Positions 32,608 to 44,477 of a DNA stretch of 64,000 bases are shown here, one piece after another (the stretch's first letter is position 1; every line of letters begins with the position of its first letter). Origin of the DNA: an uncultured Chloroflexia bacterium. Its GTDB lineage: Bacteria; Chloroflexota; Dehalococcoidia; DSTF01; JALHUB01. The notes below the pieces were generated by a model. The model was not told where the DNA came from. It did not search any database and saw nothing but the letters and a program-made list of their open reading frames with translations. The translations under genes and the position numbers were made by a program. Where the stretch lies: positions 1 to 64,000 of the forward strand of contig CAVSBT010000044.1 of NCBI GenBank assembly GCA_963726245.1. The letters are read 5' to 3'.

Positions 32608-34007
32608 GAAATGACGAGGGGATGCAAGCATTGAACCAGGTCCCCAAGAGTGAGGCCCCCAAAGACACCGCCGAAGCGGTCGTGCTGCGACCGAGGGGCA
32701 CGTACAACGACTTCGTGTTTGATGAGCGATACCGTATGGTACGCCTGAAGGGGGTGGTCCGCCGGGCCGGCTCGGTGGCCGAGGTGGGAGAGGTGCGCGG
32801 GGCATGGGACTCCGACGGCGAGCCCTTCCAGGCTCTGGTATTCACCGCTTTGCCCACATTGCCCGGCTGTATAGTCCGCGGCCACGTCGAGGGCGCGCTG
32901 GAGGGTCGAACTGCGGAGGGCGCCAGGCATGCGCTCGTGCTGAGCACAGCCGGTCAGGGCGATGCTCTGTCTCAGAAAACGCTGGCTGGGCAGGTCCTAC
33001 CAACGGCTGTCGCCCTCCTAGGTTGGAGGCCGTCCACCGAGGTGCGGTGGCTGGAGAAGGACGCAGCGCTCGCCCTGCTGTGGGAGGGACGCCAGAGACT
33101 GCTTGCCGATCGCGCCCGGCAGCGGCCGGCGCGGCATGGCGCCGCCTGGAAGGCGCAGCCCGGTGAACGCCCCCGAGAGGGTTCGCCCTACACGGAACCC
33201 CACACCTGGGCCGAAAGGATGGTGGGCAGCCTGCCCTTCCGATTCCAGCGTTATGTGCAGGACGAGCTTCTGGAGGAGGAACGCATACTCTTCTTCGTGG
33301 AGCGGCCTCCCTTCCGGCCGCCTGGGGCGCGCTGGGGCGTCCTGCGACGGCAGCGGTTGAGCGAAGGGCTTCTCATCGTCACCGACCGGCAGCTCTTGTT
33401 CATGGAGGACGCTCTGCCCCCAGACATAACGATGGTTCACTGGGGGTACATCGCCCGTGTGACGGCCGTGGAACGAATCCAGAGCGCAGAGCTGCGCGCG
33501 GAACCCGACCGCGCTGTCCTTCACGTCCGGGTGCATGCGCAATCTGGGTCAGAGCACCTCTCTGTGCCCTTTCCCCCGGAATGCAAGGACCCTCTCGCCG
33601 AAGTCGAGTCGCTCCTGCGGTCCTTCGCTTCGCCTGAAGGCGGCGCGGTCAGACGCCTCTACGCCGAGGAAGACGGGGCGAAAGACAGGGAGGTCGTGGA
33701 GGCGTCCAGCCGGGTAGGGAACTGGGCACGGGTCGAGGGGAAGGATGTGGTGGTTCACGGCCCGCGCGGCGAGGCGCGCCTTGACTCTGCCTGCATCTCG
33801 ACTGTCGAGTTCATGAACTCACTGGTGGGGTGCCGCTTGAGATTCTTCTCGCCACAAGAGAGGCACCTTACCGAGTCCTCGGTGCCCTTCGAGTACCCTG
33901 AGGCTGAGCTGTTCCTGGCGGTCTACAAGAGGGTTCGCTGGCTGCTCGCGAGGCCGCTCGCTGCCCAGCCAGCCGGGCAAGACGCCGCCGCAACCGTGCA
34001 GCGATGA
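32604..34007 (+). CDS. degenerate family-I pyrophosphatase-like domain fused to PH-like domains
   Basis: VVLRPRGTYNDFVFD..DSDGEPFQALV..PTLPGCIV resembles family I PPase; later EGLLIVTDRQLLF resembles bacterial PH domains; ATGA-coupled to the upstream gene. Confidence 0.55.
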   Translation: MRNDEGMQALNQVPKSEAPKDTAEAVVLRPRGTYNDFVFDERYRMVRLKGVVRRAGSVAEVGEVRGAWDSDGEPFQALVFTALPTLPGCIVRGHVEGALEGRTAEGARHALVLSTAGQGDALSQKTLAGQVLPTAVALLGWRPSTEVRWLEKDAALALLWEGRQRLLADRARQRPARHGAAWKAQPGERPREGSPYTEPHTWAERMVGSLPFRFQRYVQDELLEEERILFFVERPPFRPPGARWGVLRRQRLSEGLLIVTDRQLLFMEDALPPDITMVHWGYIARVTAVERIQSAELRAEPDRAVLHVRVHAQSGSEHLSVPFPPECKDPLAEVESLLRSFASPEGGAVRRLYAEEDGAKDREVVEASSRVGNWARVEGKDVVVHGPRGEARLDSACISTVEFMNSLVGCRLRFFSPQERHLTESSVPFEYPEAELFLAVYKRVRWLLARPLAAQPAGQDAAATVQR

Positions 34008-34157
34008 CGGCGGCCCGGCCACCCGGAAGCCCCTGCGCTCTTGTTCCAAAACGCTCAGCGGCGTGGACCTGGCCCCCCGCCCGGCCGAGGGTGCTGACTC
34101 TGCTATACTGGCGCCGCTGCACGGAGCCGATAAGCCATTATGACGGCAAGGTGTCCT

Positions 34158-34851
34158 ATGGCAAGGCTGCTGGCGGCGCTGACCGTCGTCCTCATGCTCA
34201 CCCTCACTGCCTGCAAGAACGCCACATCTCACCACCACTGGGACGCCCAAAGGGATCGCAGAGCGCATAGACTGCATCGCGGGAACGCCCGAAGCCATCA
34301 TGGGGTGTGTAGAGCGTGCGGTGGCAGGCTCGGGAGGGTATCGCATTACGATCACCGGTCAGAATCTTGTCCTGCCCGAGTGGGGCGGGATCGACAGCGG
34401 AACGATTGATGTCGGCACGGACGGGACTGTGGTCCGAGGTGACGTCGAACGCACCGGTGACGGGCCATACTCCCTCGTCTCACTTGGCGGCGAGACGTTC
34501 TTCCAGCGCGGGACTTGTGACCACATGGCCCGTGTTCCTGGTGGCGGAGCGGCCGTGGTCACGCCCTTCCTGCTGGGCACCAGCGGGGCGTTGAGCCGAG
34601 CTACGAATGTGCGATTCGGTGGGACCGCCTACAAGGACTTCATAGCGGTCCGGGCGAACGTTGAAGACCTCGGTGACGTGCTCATCCAGCTTGACACGTC
34701 GACCTACCTTCCGTTTCGACTGGTCAAAGAGCCTGGCCCCAACGGCGGAAGCCAATTCCAGTGGCTGTTCAGCGATTGGGGACAGGCGCCGTCGGTCTCA
34801 AGACCGGCCGGCACACCCCCAGATCAGGGACCGGGCGGCAACCCCTGCTGA
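34158..34851 (+). CDS. putative lipoprotein (frameshift near 34250)
   Basis: Lipobox LTAC in ORF 34140..34409; body in ORF 34300..34851. Confidence 0.55.
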
Positions 34852-34966
34852 AGGGGTCGGGCCCCGCTCAGCCTCCACGTATTGACCCCTGCGCCGACTT
34901 CAGAAGTGCGCCTTCCGTCCGATCCTTTATTGGTGGCAGCTTGCCACCTCTCCTGACAAGAGGCTC

Positions 34967-35431
34967 ATGGTCGCCCTACGGGAAGAGTGGTCTAGAGAGC
35001 AGCATGCGGACCAGGGGCCGGCCTCCGATGCGGAAGCGGCTCGCTGGATGAGCCTGCGTCACGCTTCCTGCCGCCTCGACGTCTGCCCCAGCACCCTGCG
35101 CCGGCGAATCCGAAAGGGCCAGTTGCCCTGGCGCATCGTCAACCACGGCCGCCGCTGGGCCTACGAGGTGCTGGTCCCCAACGGCGCCTCCCCATGCGCC
35201 GCGCTCGAACGGGTGGTCAGCGTGGAAGCCCATCTCCCTCACCAGGTGGACGAGAAAGAGAAAGAGATCAACCGCCTGAAGTACGATATCCACCGCCAGG
35301 AAGAGCAGATTGAGAATCTGTCCCAGGCCCTGGCTCGGGCGCGGGCCGGAAGCCGCTACACGCCGGAGGACAGCCCCTTCACCAAGTATCGAGATCTGGC
35401 GCTCCGGCGCCGCCGCTGGTGGCTCTTCTAG
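34967..35431 (+). CDS. HTH DNA-binding protein with coiled coil
   Basis: MSLRHASCRLDVCPSTLRRRIRKGQL, then coiled coil. Confidence 0.65.
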   Translation: MVALREEWSREQHADQGPASDAEAARWMSLRHASCRLDVCPSTLRRRIRKGQLPWRIVNHGRRWAYEVLVPNGASPCAALERVVSVEAHLPHQVDEKEKEINRLKYDIHRQEEQIENLSQALARARAGSRYTPEDSPFTKYRDLALRRRRWWLF

Positions 35432-35460
35432 TTCGCCTGTCTTGTGCCGGGCAACCGGCG

Positions 35461-35685
35461 TCAGATGATCGGGCAGGTTAGCGTATCGGCAACGCCCGGG
35501 CAGCCCCGCACTTGCTGCGCCAGGCGGCCCAGGGCCGCGACATCCTGCGCCTCGCAGCGGACGAAGGCGTCCCAAGGCCCCAGGACCATGTCAAGTCCCT
35601 TGATACCCGGCTCCTTGAGGGCGTGGGACACCTTGGCGACGTCAGCGGTAGGAGCAAGCTTCACCAAGACGTAAGCAGAGATCAT
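35461..35685 (-). CDS. Lrp/AsnC ligand-binding domain protein
   Basis: AYVLVK..VLGPWD..GVADTLT. Confidence 0.8.
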   Translation of the reverse strand: MISAYVLVKLAPTADVAKVSHALKEPGIKGLDMVLGPWDAFVRCEAQDVAALGRLAQQVRGCPGVADTLTCPII

Positions 35686-35788
35686 CGCAAACCTCCCGGC
35701 ACCATTCGAGACTCACGGAACGCGGCGATGATAGCGGAAGGGCCGCCCCATGGCAAGGCGAAGGCTGATAGCCCGTCCGCGTCAGGCG

Positions 35789-36094
35789 TCAGGCTGGGCG
35801 CCTCAGGTAGATCTGCCGGGCGATGGAGAAGTCGATGGCCACCTCTGTCTCGCCCACCTGCACTACGGCGGCGGGCCGCTTCTGGAGGAGCCGCAGCACC
35901 GCATCGGGAACGATGCCAAGGCTGCTGAGATGCTCCAGGCGGCGGCCGTCGTCCGTCCCGATGTAGGCCACACGCCCCTCATCGCCCGGCCGCAAATCGG
36001 CGAGCGATGTCGCCTGTCCATCCCCCAGCCAGGCCCTCGGGCCACGACGGCGGCGCACGCGGGCCCGTCTGTGTCCGTGCATTCCCCACATCAA
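35789..36094 (-). CDS. feoA: FeoA-family protein
   Basis: SLADLRPG..LSSLGIVPD..VQVGETEVAI. Confidence 0.85.
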   Translation of the reverse strand: MMWGMHGHRRARVRRRRGPRAWLGDGQATSLADLRPGDEGRVAYIGTDDGRRLEHLSSLGIVPDAVLRLLQKRPAAVVQVGETEVAIDFSIARQIYLRRPA

Positions 36095-36300
36095 GAGGCT
36101 TCCTTCCTAGCTTTGGCGCCCGTCTTCAGCACGGCTCCCGCCTTCCTGGCCAGCCGCACGAGGGCGCTTCGAGATTCGTCCACGGTCTGGTAGCCGCAGC
36201 GCGGGCAGCAGACGACCGGGCAGCCGCCCGAGAGCGGGCAAGCGGGGCTGCAACGCACGTCGTCTGGTGTGAATTCGTGGCCGCAGAGCGCGCACTTCAT
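36091..36300 (-). CDS. small Cys-rich Feo-associated protein
   Basis: CxxC, C..CP...C, CCPRCGY between feoB and feoA. Confidence 0.75.
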   Translation of the reverse strand: MKCALCGHEFTPDDVRCSPACPLSGGCPVVCCPRCGYQTVDESRSALVRLARKAGAVLKTGAKARKEAS

Positions 36301-36301
36301 G

Positions 36302-38272
<1,971 letters not shown>

Positions 38273-38322
38273 AGTCTCATAGTCTGCAGCAGAAACTCCT
38301 CAGCTCTCACTTTCTATCTTCG

Positions 38323-38336
38323 TTAGTAGATGCTAA
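38323..38336. promoter_or_regulatory. possible DtxR/MntR-type metal box
   Basis: TTAG-TAGATG-CTAA palindrome ~50 bp upstream of feoB. Confidence 0.45.
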
Positions 38337-38503
38337 TCGACACAGGGCCATCCGGCCCTTAATCACCCTGCTAACGGGCCTAATGAAGCCGGCAAACCTG
38401 ATATTAATGCGTGAAGGGCTGCACAAATCGGTCGATACGCTGTACAATAGGGGCGACGGAATCCTTCTCGCAATCCCCGCCCGCGTAACGGTGAGGTGTT
38501 ATT

Positions 38504-38917
38504 ATGTCTACCGCCCCTACCTCCAGCAGCGATCCCAGCGAGTCCATCGCGCTCAAAGACCAGCCCACGGCTCAAGTCCACATTCCGGATGAGCTCCGCG
38601 TCGGCGTGCTGGCGGGCATGGAACACCACGAGCTGCGTCTGCAGGCCCACTTCCTGAGCTGCGACACCTGTCGCAAGGCTGGGCTGACGCTGGCCGACCT
38701 CGCCGATATGCCTGACGCCCGCTGCGCTCCCCAGCAGCCGATCACCTGCTGGCAGGCCCGCAACGCCCTCTTCCGCTTCTTCGACCAGGGGAGGACCCTG
38801 GACCCCGACGGCGTCGCCCACCTCAACGCCTGCGAATGCTGCCGGGACCACTTCCTGGAGCCGGCGCGCGCCCTCCGCGCCCTGGACGAAGAGTCCTCCG
38901 TCTCCGGACTAGACTAG
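38504..38917 (+). CDS. Cys/His-rich hypothetical protein (two zf-HC2-like motifs)
   Basis: HFLSCDTC and HLNACECC; GAGG RBS. Confidence 0.65.
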   Translation: MSTAPTSSSDPSESIALKDQPTAQVHIPDELRVGVLAGMEHHELRLQAHFLSCDTCRKAGLTLADLADMPDARCAPQQPITCWQARNALFRFFDQGRTLDPDGVAHLNACECCRDHFLEPARALRALDEESSVSGLD

Positions 38918-38988
38918 CGCCGCTCACCCTGTCGACATGAACAGGCCCCGGACCTGAGGTCCGGGGCCGTCGTGTGTGTGCCCGACCG

Positions 38989-39276
38989 TTAGCTTGCCCG
39001 CGCCGCCCTGGCCCTCCGCCGTTCAGTCCCACGAGACCTCGCGACCTGCGCCGCATCCACGGTCAGTCTCGAGGCCTCATCGGCACGCTGAAGACCGATT
39101 TCAAGCACAGGTACGATCGCCGCGGGAAGAACGTCCTCGGGACTTTGGCCGATATTGACGGCGCTTATCCCGAATTTCACCACGATCCCCCAGAGCCCCT
39201 CCTCCAGGCCCGCCTTCCGAACCATCATTTCGGCAAGCTCTTTGTACGTAAACATGATTTGCTTGGTCTCAGCCAT
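38989..39276 (-). CDS. hypothetical protein, third gene of HicAB operon
   Basis: MAETKQIMFTYKEL..GLWGIVVKFG..PAAIVPV..IGLQ; GGAGG RBS, overlaps hicB end. Confidence 0.7.
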   Translation of the reverse strand: MAETKQIMFTYKELAEMMVRKAGLEEGLWGIVVKFGISAVNIGQSPEDVLPAAIVPVLEIGLQRADEASRLTVDAAQVARSRGTERRRARAARAS

Positions 39277-39847
39277 GCTCGACCTCCCCTCGAGCCAGTA
39301 CGCTTCGCGCTTGACGAGCTGTTGTATACTCCGTGGCGGGCACAACCACGCCAGCACCTAACCGCCCCGTTAAAGGTGCCCCCTCTGTGACGGCCTCCTG
39401 GATTACCTCCATTTGCAGGTAAGACCTGCGGCGGGTATAGACGCGAGCGAGGCGATCATCCAGCCGGTCCGCCAAAACCGCCAGCAGATCCTCGGCACCC
39501 ACTCGGGCCGCGATCGCTGACACGAGGAACTGGTTCAGACTCACTCCGTCGCGATGGGCAAATTCGGCAGCGCGCCTGTGCATGCTCCTGGGCAATCGCA
39601 GAGAGACGGTCCCGCTGTAGCCCTGGCTAGCAAAGGGCTCCGGAATCGCCATACCCTGAGAGTCAGCGCTATCCACCCAGTTCTCGGCCGCTTCCTCTAA
39701 GTTCTCGTACGCTTCCTCGGGTGTATCACCCTCAGCGAAGCAACCCGCAAACTCCAGAACTTGGGCTGCATAGCGCCCTGAGTCATCCGGCATGATAACC
39801 CGCGCGTAGGGCTTTCGCAGGTACTGCACGGCAAGTTGGCTAGGCAT
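39269..39847 (-). CDS. hicB: HicB-family antitoxin with long C-terminal extension
   Basis: GCFAEGDTPEEA, YSGTVSLRLPRSMH..DGVSLNQF (RHH). Confidence 0.88.
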   Translation of the reverse strand: MPSQLAVQYLRKPYARVIMPDDSGRYAAQVLEFAGCFAEGDTPEEAYENLEEAAENWVDSADSQGMAIPEPFASQGYSGTVSLRLPRSMHRRAAEFAHRDGVSLNQFLVSAIAARVGAEDLLAVLADRLDDRLARVYTRRRSYLQMEVIQEAVTEGAPLTGRLGAGVVVPATEYTTARQARSVLARGEVEHG

Positions 39848-40112
39848 CTGCGACTCCTTCCTCGTAGTCCAAGTCTTCTTCAAGCACGTCGAGGATGTTG
39901 TCGACAGTAATGGGGCTCATCGCGCCCGGATGGTTTGGGATGGTGAGCGGCGGTCGCCCCTCTTTCACGAATGTCGGCTCCTTTCCCCGCTTGTGAGGCC
40001 ACCGTCCCACGGAGCGAGCGATGCTCCTGAGTTCCTTGCTCTCAACATTAGCCTTGCGCAAGCGGACTCGCCCGATCCGGAGGCGGAGCCTTCGAATCCT
40101 TTGCGGATTCAT
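39840..40112 (-). CDS. hicA: HicA-like toxin
   Basis: Basic 90-aa protein, PPLTIPNH; overlaps hicB. Confidence 0.7.
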   Translation of the reverse strand: MNPQRIRRLRLRIGRVRLRKANVESKELRSIARSVGRWPHKRGKEPTFVKEGRPPLTIPNHPGAMSPITVDNILDVLEEDLDYEEGVADA

Positions 40113-40291
40113 GGTATCGTATTTAATACCACAAGTCCGCTCGCATGTCAAGTATCGACAGGCCCAAATGGTCGCTTGAGGGGGGCAGTCCAAGGATTGT
40201 CGCGCTTGCCTTGCGCGCGACTGACCTGGTAGCTGTAGGCGCTGGGGTCGGCCGCCACGCCGAGAGGCACGAGGCCGTTGCGCGCCTCGCC

Positions 40292-40507
40292 CTAGTACAG
40301 CTTCACCAGCGTCACGGCCTTCACGGGGCAGCGCACGACGCACTGGTCGCAGAGGATGCACTCGTCCTCGTTGTCGGGGATGGAGTGGGCGGTGTCGCCG
40401 TCGTTGCGGAAGAAGATGTCGACGGGGCAGGACTGGACGCACTCGCGACATGTGGGCTCGCGGGCGCAGAGGTCGGCGTCTACCTCGAGCCGTACGAACA
40501 TGGGCAC
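40292..40507 (-). CDS. 4Fe-4S ferredoxin
   Basis: C..CxxCxxxCP and CILCDQCxxxCP. Confidence 0.88.
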   Translation of the reverse strand: MPMFVRLEVDADLCAREPTCRECVQSCPVDIFFRNDGDTAHSIPDNEDECILCDQCVVRCPVKAVTLVKLY

Positions 40508-40512
40508 GTCAG

Positions 40513-41412
40513 CTAACCTCCTAACGCCCCCTTCACCAGGGCCGGTATCTGCGAGAAGTCATCGGCCACGACGATGCCGGCCTCGCGCATGATGCGTGCC
40601 TTCTCGGCGGCCGTGTCCGCCTTCCCCTCCACGATCGAGCCGGCGTGGCCGAAGCGCACGCCCGGCATATCGGCCGTGAAGTGGCCGGCGATGAAGGCGA
40701 CGATGGGCAGCGAGTTGCCCTCCCGCTGCACCCGCTCGGCCAGGGCGGCCTCCAGAGGCCCGCCCGGTTCGCAGAATACGACCAGGGCTTTCGTATCGGG
40801 GTCCTTCTCCCACACGGGCAGCAGCTCGGCGAAGGTGCCGCCGATGATGGGGTCGCCGCCCATGCTCATGGCGGTGCTCTGACCGAGCCCGTTCTGCGTG
40901 AGCAGGTTCGAAAGCTCCGTGGTCATACCGCCGGAGCGCGACATGATGCCCACGGGGCCGGGCACGAAAGACTTGCGCGCGTCCTCGGCGGGACCGCCGA
41001 TGGAGCCCACCTTGGTCTTGCCCGGCGAGATGAGCCCCATCGTGTTGGGCCCGATGACGCGGCTGCCCCGCAGCCGGGCCAGCTCCAGCACCTGCACCAC
41101 GTCGCGCCGGGGTACCCTCTCGGTGACGATGACCAGCAGGGGCACGCCGGCCTCGATGGCCTCGAAGGCGGCATCGCGCACGAAGGGGGGCGGCACCGCC
41201 AGCACCGAGGCGTCCACGCGCTCCTTCTCCGTGATCTGGCGAACGCTGTCGTAGACGGGGACGCCCAGGACGTCGCGGCCGCCGCGGCCGGGGGTCACGC
41301 CGCCTACCACCTTCGCTCCATAGTCCAGCATGTCGCGGGTGAAGGAGACGGCTTCGCGGCCGGTGATACCCTGGATGATGACGCTGGTATCCTTGTCGAC
41401 GAGGATCGACAA
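40513..41412 (-). CDS. sucD: succinyl-CoA-ligase-like alpha subunit
   Basis: QGITG, GVTPG, GPNTMG, SRSGG, phospho-His GHAG. Confidence 0.85.
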   Translation of the reverse strand: MSILVDKDTSVIIQGITGREAVSFTRDMLDYGAKVVGGVTPGRGGRDVLGVPVYDSVRQITEKERVDASVLAVPPPFVRDAAFEAIEAGVPLLVIVTERVPRRDVVQVLELARLRGSRVIGPNTMGLISPGKTKVGSIGGPAEDARKSFVPGPVGIMSRSGGMTTELSNLLTQNGLGQSTAMSMGGDPIIGGTFAELLPVWEKDPDTKALVVFCEPGGPLEAALAERVQREGNSLPIVAFIAGHFTADMPGVRFGHAGSIVEGKADTAAEKARIMREAGIVVADDFSQIPALVKGALGG

Positions 41413-41418
41413 CGCGAC

Positions 41419-42639
41419 CTACCTCTCTTTCGACATCTCCGCTGTGCCAGCCGGCAGACAGGCCCTCCGCGCCGCCTCGTCGATGGAGACGGTGCGGTCG
41501 AAGTACTCGACGCCGTAGTGGCGGAGGAGGCGGAAGCCCTCCTCCTCCCAGGCGCCGGGGATGCGGAAGGCGGCGATGGTCTTCGCCGGGTCCCGCCCCG
41601 ACTCGACGCAGCCCTTGATGACGCCCCGCGCCACCATGTCGACGCGCGTGTTGTTCACCACGTTCATGATCACCGCGATCTTCTCCACCCCAGGCTTGGA
41701 GAGGATGAGCTTGGTGAAACCAGCCACCTTGCGCACGCTTGGGTTGCCGCCGATCTCGCAGTAGTTGGCGGGCTGGCCGCCGTGACGACGGACGGCGTCG
41801 AAGGCGGTGAGGCTGGCGCCGCCGCCGCCGATGATCAGGCCCAGCGGGCCATCGAACTCCACCAGGCGGCCGGCGACACCCCGGTGGTCGCTGGCGTCCA
41901 CCTCGACGGCCTGCAGCTCCAGCGGCGTCGGCTGGCGGGCAGTGCGGCCGCCGGCGTCGACGCCCAGCGCCTCGAGCAGCGCCTTCTGCCGTCCTACCGC
42001 CTCGTCCTCCACCTCGATATGGCAGTCGAGCGCCGCGTAGGAGCCGTCCGCCAGACGGGCCAGCGGGTTGATCTCGGCCAGGGTCAGGTCGTGCTCCAGG
42101 AAGGCGCGGGCCAGGCGGAAGAGCACGCCCGTGAGGGCGGTGAGCTCGCCGCCGGAGATGCCCAGGGCTGCCACGCAGTCCTTGAACGGGAACTCGGTGA
42201 GAGGCAGGAGCGAGGAGAAGGTGCGGCGCGAGATGTGCTCCGGCTCCTTCTCGGCCACCTCCTCGATGTCGATGCCGCCGCGGTCGGAGACGATGGCCAC
42301 GGGCAGCTTGGCCAGCGTGTCGTAGGTGACGCCCAGGTAGTACTCCTGGGCGACGGCGGCCCTCGGCTCGATGAGGACGCCCACGGGCTGCCGGCCCCTG
42401 ATCTCCAGCCCAAGGATGGCCTCTGCCGCCTGGCGAGCCTCGGCCGCGCTCTCGGCGAAGCGAATGCCGCCCGCCTTCATGCGGCCGCCCGAGAGGACCT
42501 GCGACTTCAGGACGGCCGGGAATCCGACCGAAGGCGCCGCGCCCGCCGCCTCATCGGCCGTGTGGGCGAGGCGGCCGGCGGGGATAGCTATCCCCTGGCG
42601 GGCCAGGAAGGCCTTGGCTTCGAACTCATAGAACCGCAC
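41419..42639 (-). CDS. sucC: succinyl-CoA-ligase-like beta subunit
   Basis: EFEAK, KSQVLSGGRMKAGG, AEINPL, GGGAS, PANYCEIGG. Confidence 0.85.
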   Translation of the reverse strand: MRFYEFEAKAFLARQGIAIPAGRLAHTADEAAGAAPSVGFPAVLKSQVLSGGRMKAGGIRFAESAAEARQAAEAILGLEIRGRQPVGVLIEPRAAVAQEYYLGVTYDTLAKLPVAIVSDRGGIDIEEVAEKEPEHISRRTFSSLLPLTEFPFKDCVAALGISGGELTALTGVLFRLARAFLEHDLTLAEINPLARLADGSYAALDCHIEVEDEAVGRQKALLEALGVDAGGRTARQPTPLELQAVEVDASDHRGVAGRLVEFDGPLGLIIGGGGASLTAFDAVRRHGGQPANYCEIGGNPSVRKVAGFTKLILSKPGVEKIAVIMNVVNNTRVDMVARGVIKGCVESGRDPAKTIAAFRIPGAWEEEGFRLLRHYGVEYFDRTVSIDEAARRACLPAGTAEMSKER

Positions 42640-42685
42640 TAGCTGTCTCTCCGTCTAGGCTGATGGTCTGGGACCGTTTTGGGTT

Positions 42686-42773
42686 GCCACAGATTCACAC
42701 AGATGAGACACAGATTCCCAGACCGCCGGAACCTGTTGCGGGCAATCTGTGTTTGTCTGTGCCCATCTGTGGC
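42686..42773. repeat. CACAGAT/ATCTGTG inverted repeat element
   Basis: Three CACAGAT units, then three (A)TCTGTG units; similar architecture (CGGAT/ATCCG) at 46097-46165. Confidence 0.65.
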
Positions 42774-42782
42774 TCATGACTG

Positions 42783-44460
42783 CTACACGACGGCCAGGGC
42801 CCGGTACTCACCGAAGACCTTGCGCATGGCGTCCGACATCTCGCCCAGGGTGGCGTAGGCCTTCACCGCCTCCAGGATTGCCGGCATGAGGTTGTCTTCG
42901 CCGCGCGCCGCCTCCTCCAGGCGGGCCAGCGAGGCCGCCACCGCCTGGTCGTCGCGCTCTGCCTTGAGGGCCCGCAGGCGCTCCTGCTGGGACCGCGCCA
43001 CCTGGCTGTTGACTCGGAAGATGGTCTGCGGCCGCTCGCCCGCCTCGACGAAGCGGTTGACGCCCACCAGCACCCGCCGTCCCTCCTCCAGCTCCCGCTG
43101 CTGGGCCATCGCCGCCTCCTGGATCTCGCGCTGCATATAGCCGGACTCGATGGCGGCCACGGCGCCCCCCATGTCATCGATGCGGTCCAGATACCGCTGC
43201 GCCGCTCGCTCCATCTCGTTGGTCAGGTGCTCCACGTAGTAGGAGCCGGCCAGGGGATCGACGGTGTCGGCGACGCCCGTCTCGTGGGCGATGATCTGCT
43301 GGGTGCGAAGGGCGATCCGCTGCGCCTCCTCGGTGGGGATGGCCAGGGCCTCATCGTAGCAGGAGAGGGCAAGGGACTGGACGCCGCCCAGGACGGAGGC
43401 CAGGGCCTGGAGGGCGGCCCGCACGATGTTGTTCTCCGGCTGCTGGGCCGTGAGGGTGGCGCCGCCGGTCTGCACGTGGGTGCGGAGCATCCAGGAACGC
43501 GGGTCGCGGGCCCCAAAGCGCTCCTTCATCAGGCGGGCCCACCAGCGGCGCAGAGCCCGGTACTTCGCGATCTCCTCGAAGAAGTTGCTGTGGGTGTTGA
43601 AGATCCAGGAGATGCGAGGCGCGAACTCGTCGATGTCCACGCCTGCCTTCGTCACCGCCTCGATGTAGGCGATCGGCGTTCGCGAAGGCGAAAGCCATCT
43701 CCTGGACGGCGGTGGCGCCGGCGTCCCGGATGTGGTAGCCGCTGACGCTGATGCTGTTGAACCTGGGCAGCCGGCGAGCGCAGTAGGCGATGAGGTCGGC
43801 GGCCAGTCGCAGGGAGGGCCGCGGCGGGTAGATGTAGGTGCCACGGGCCACGTACTCCTTGAGCACGTCGTTCTGGGCGGTGCCCATGAGCTGCTCCGGC
43901 GCCACGCCCTGCTTCTCGCCGACGGCCACGTACATCGCGACCAGCACCGCAGCCGGGGCGTTGATGGTCATGGACGTGCTCACCTGGTCCAGGGGGATGC
44001 CGTCGAAGAGAAGCTCCATGTCCCGTAGCGAGTCGATGGCCACCCCCACCTGGCCCACCTCGGCCTCCGCCCACGGGTGGTCGGAGTCGTAGCCGCACTG
44101 GGTGGGCAGGTCGAAGGCCACCGAAAGGCCCGTCTGGCCCTGGCTGAGCAGGAAGCGAAAGCGCTCGTTAGTCTCTTCGGCGGCGCCGTAGCCGGCGTAC
44201 TGGCGCATGGTCCAGAGCCGGCCGCGGTACATCGTAGGCTGGACGCCGCGTGTGAAGGGGTACTCCCCGGGATAGCCCAGGTCGCGCTCGTAGTCCAGGT
44301 CGGCGATGTCGAGCGGCGTGTAGAGGCGGCCGGTGGGCCCGACGCTGGTCGAGAAGTCGGCGTCGCGCTCGCCGCCGGCGTCCAGCGTCTTCGCCAGCGT
44401 CTCGTCCTCCCATCGCCGCAGCTCGCGGGCGACGTCTTTCGGCTTTCCGTTTCTACGCAC
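42783..44460 (-). CDS. mcmA: methylmalonyl-CoA mutase substrate-binding subunit (frameshift near 43675)
   Basis: [57 protein letters not shown]. Confidence 0.92.
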
Positions 44461-44477
44461 GCGTCCGCTCCACCAGA

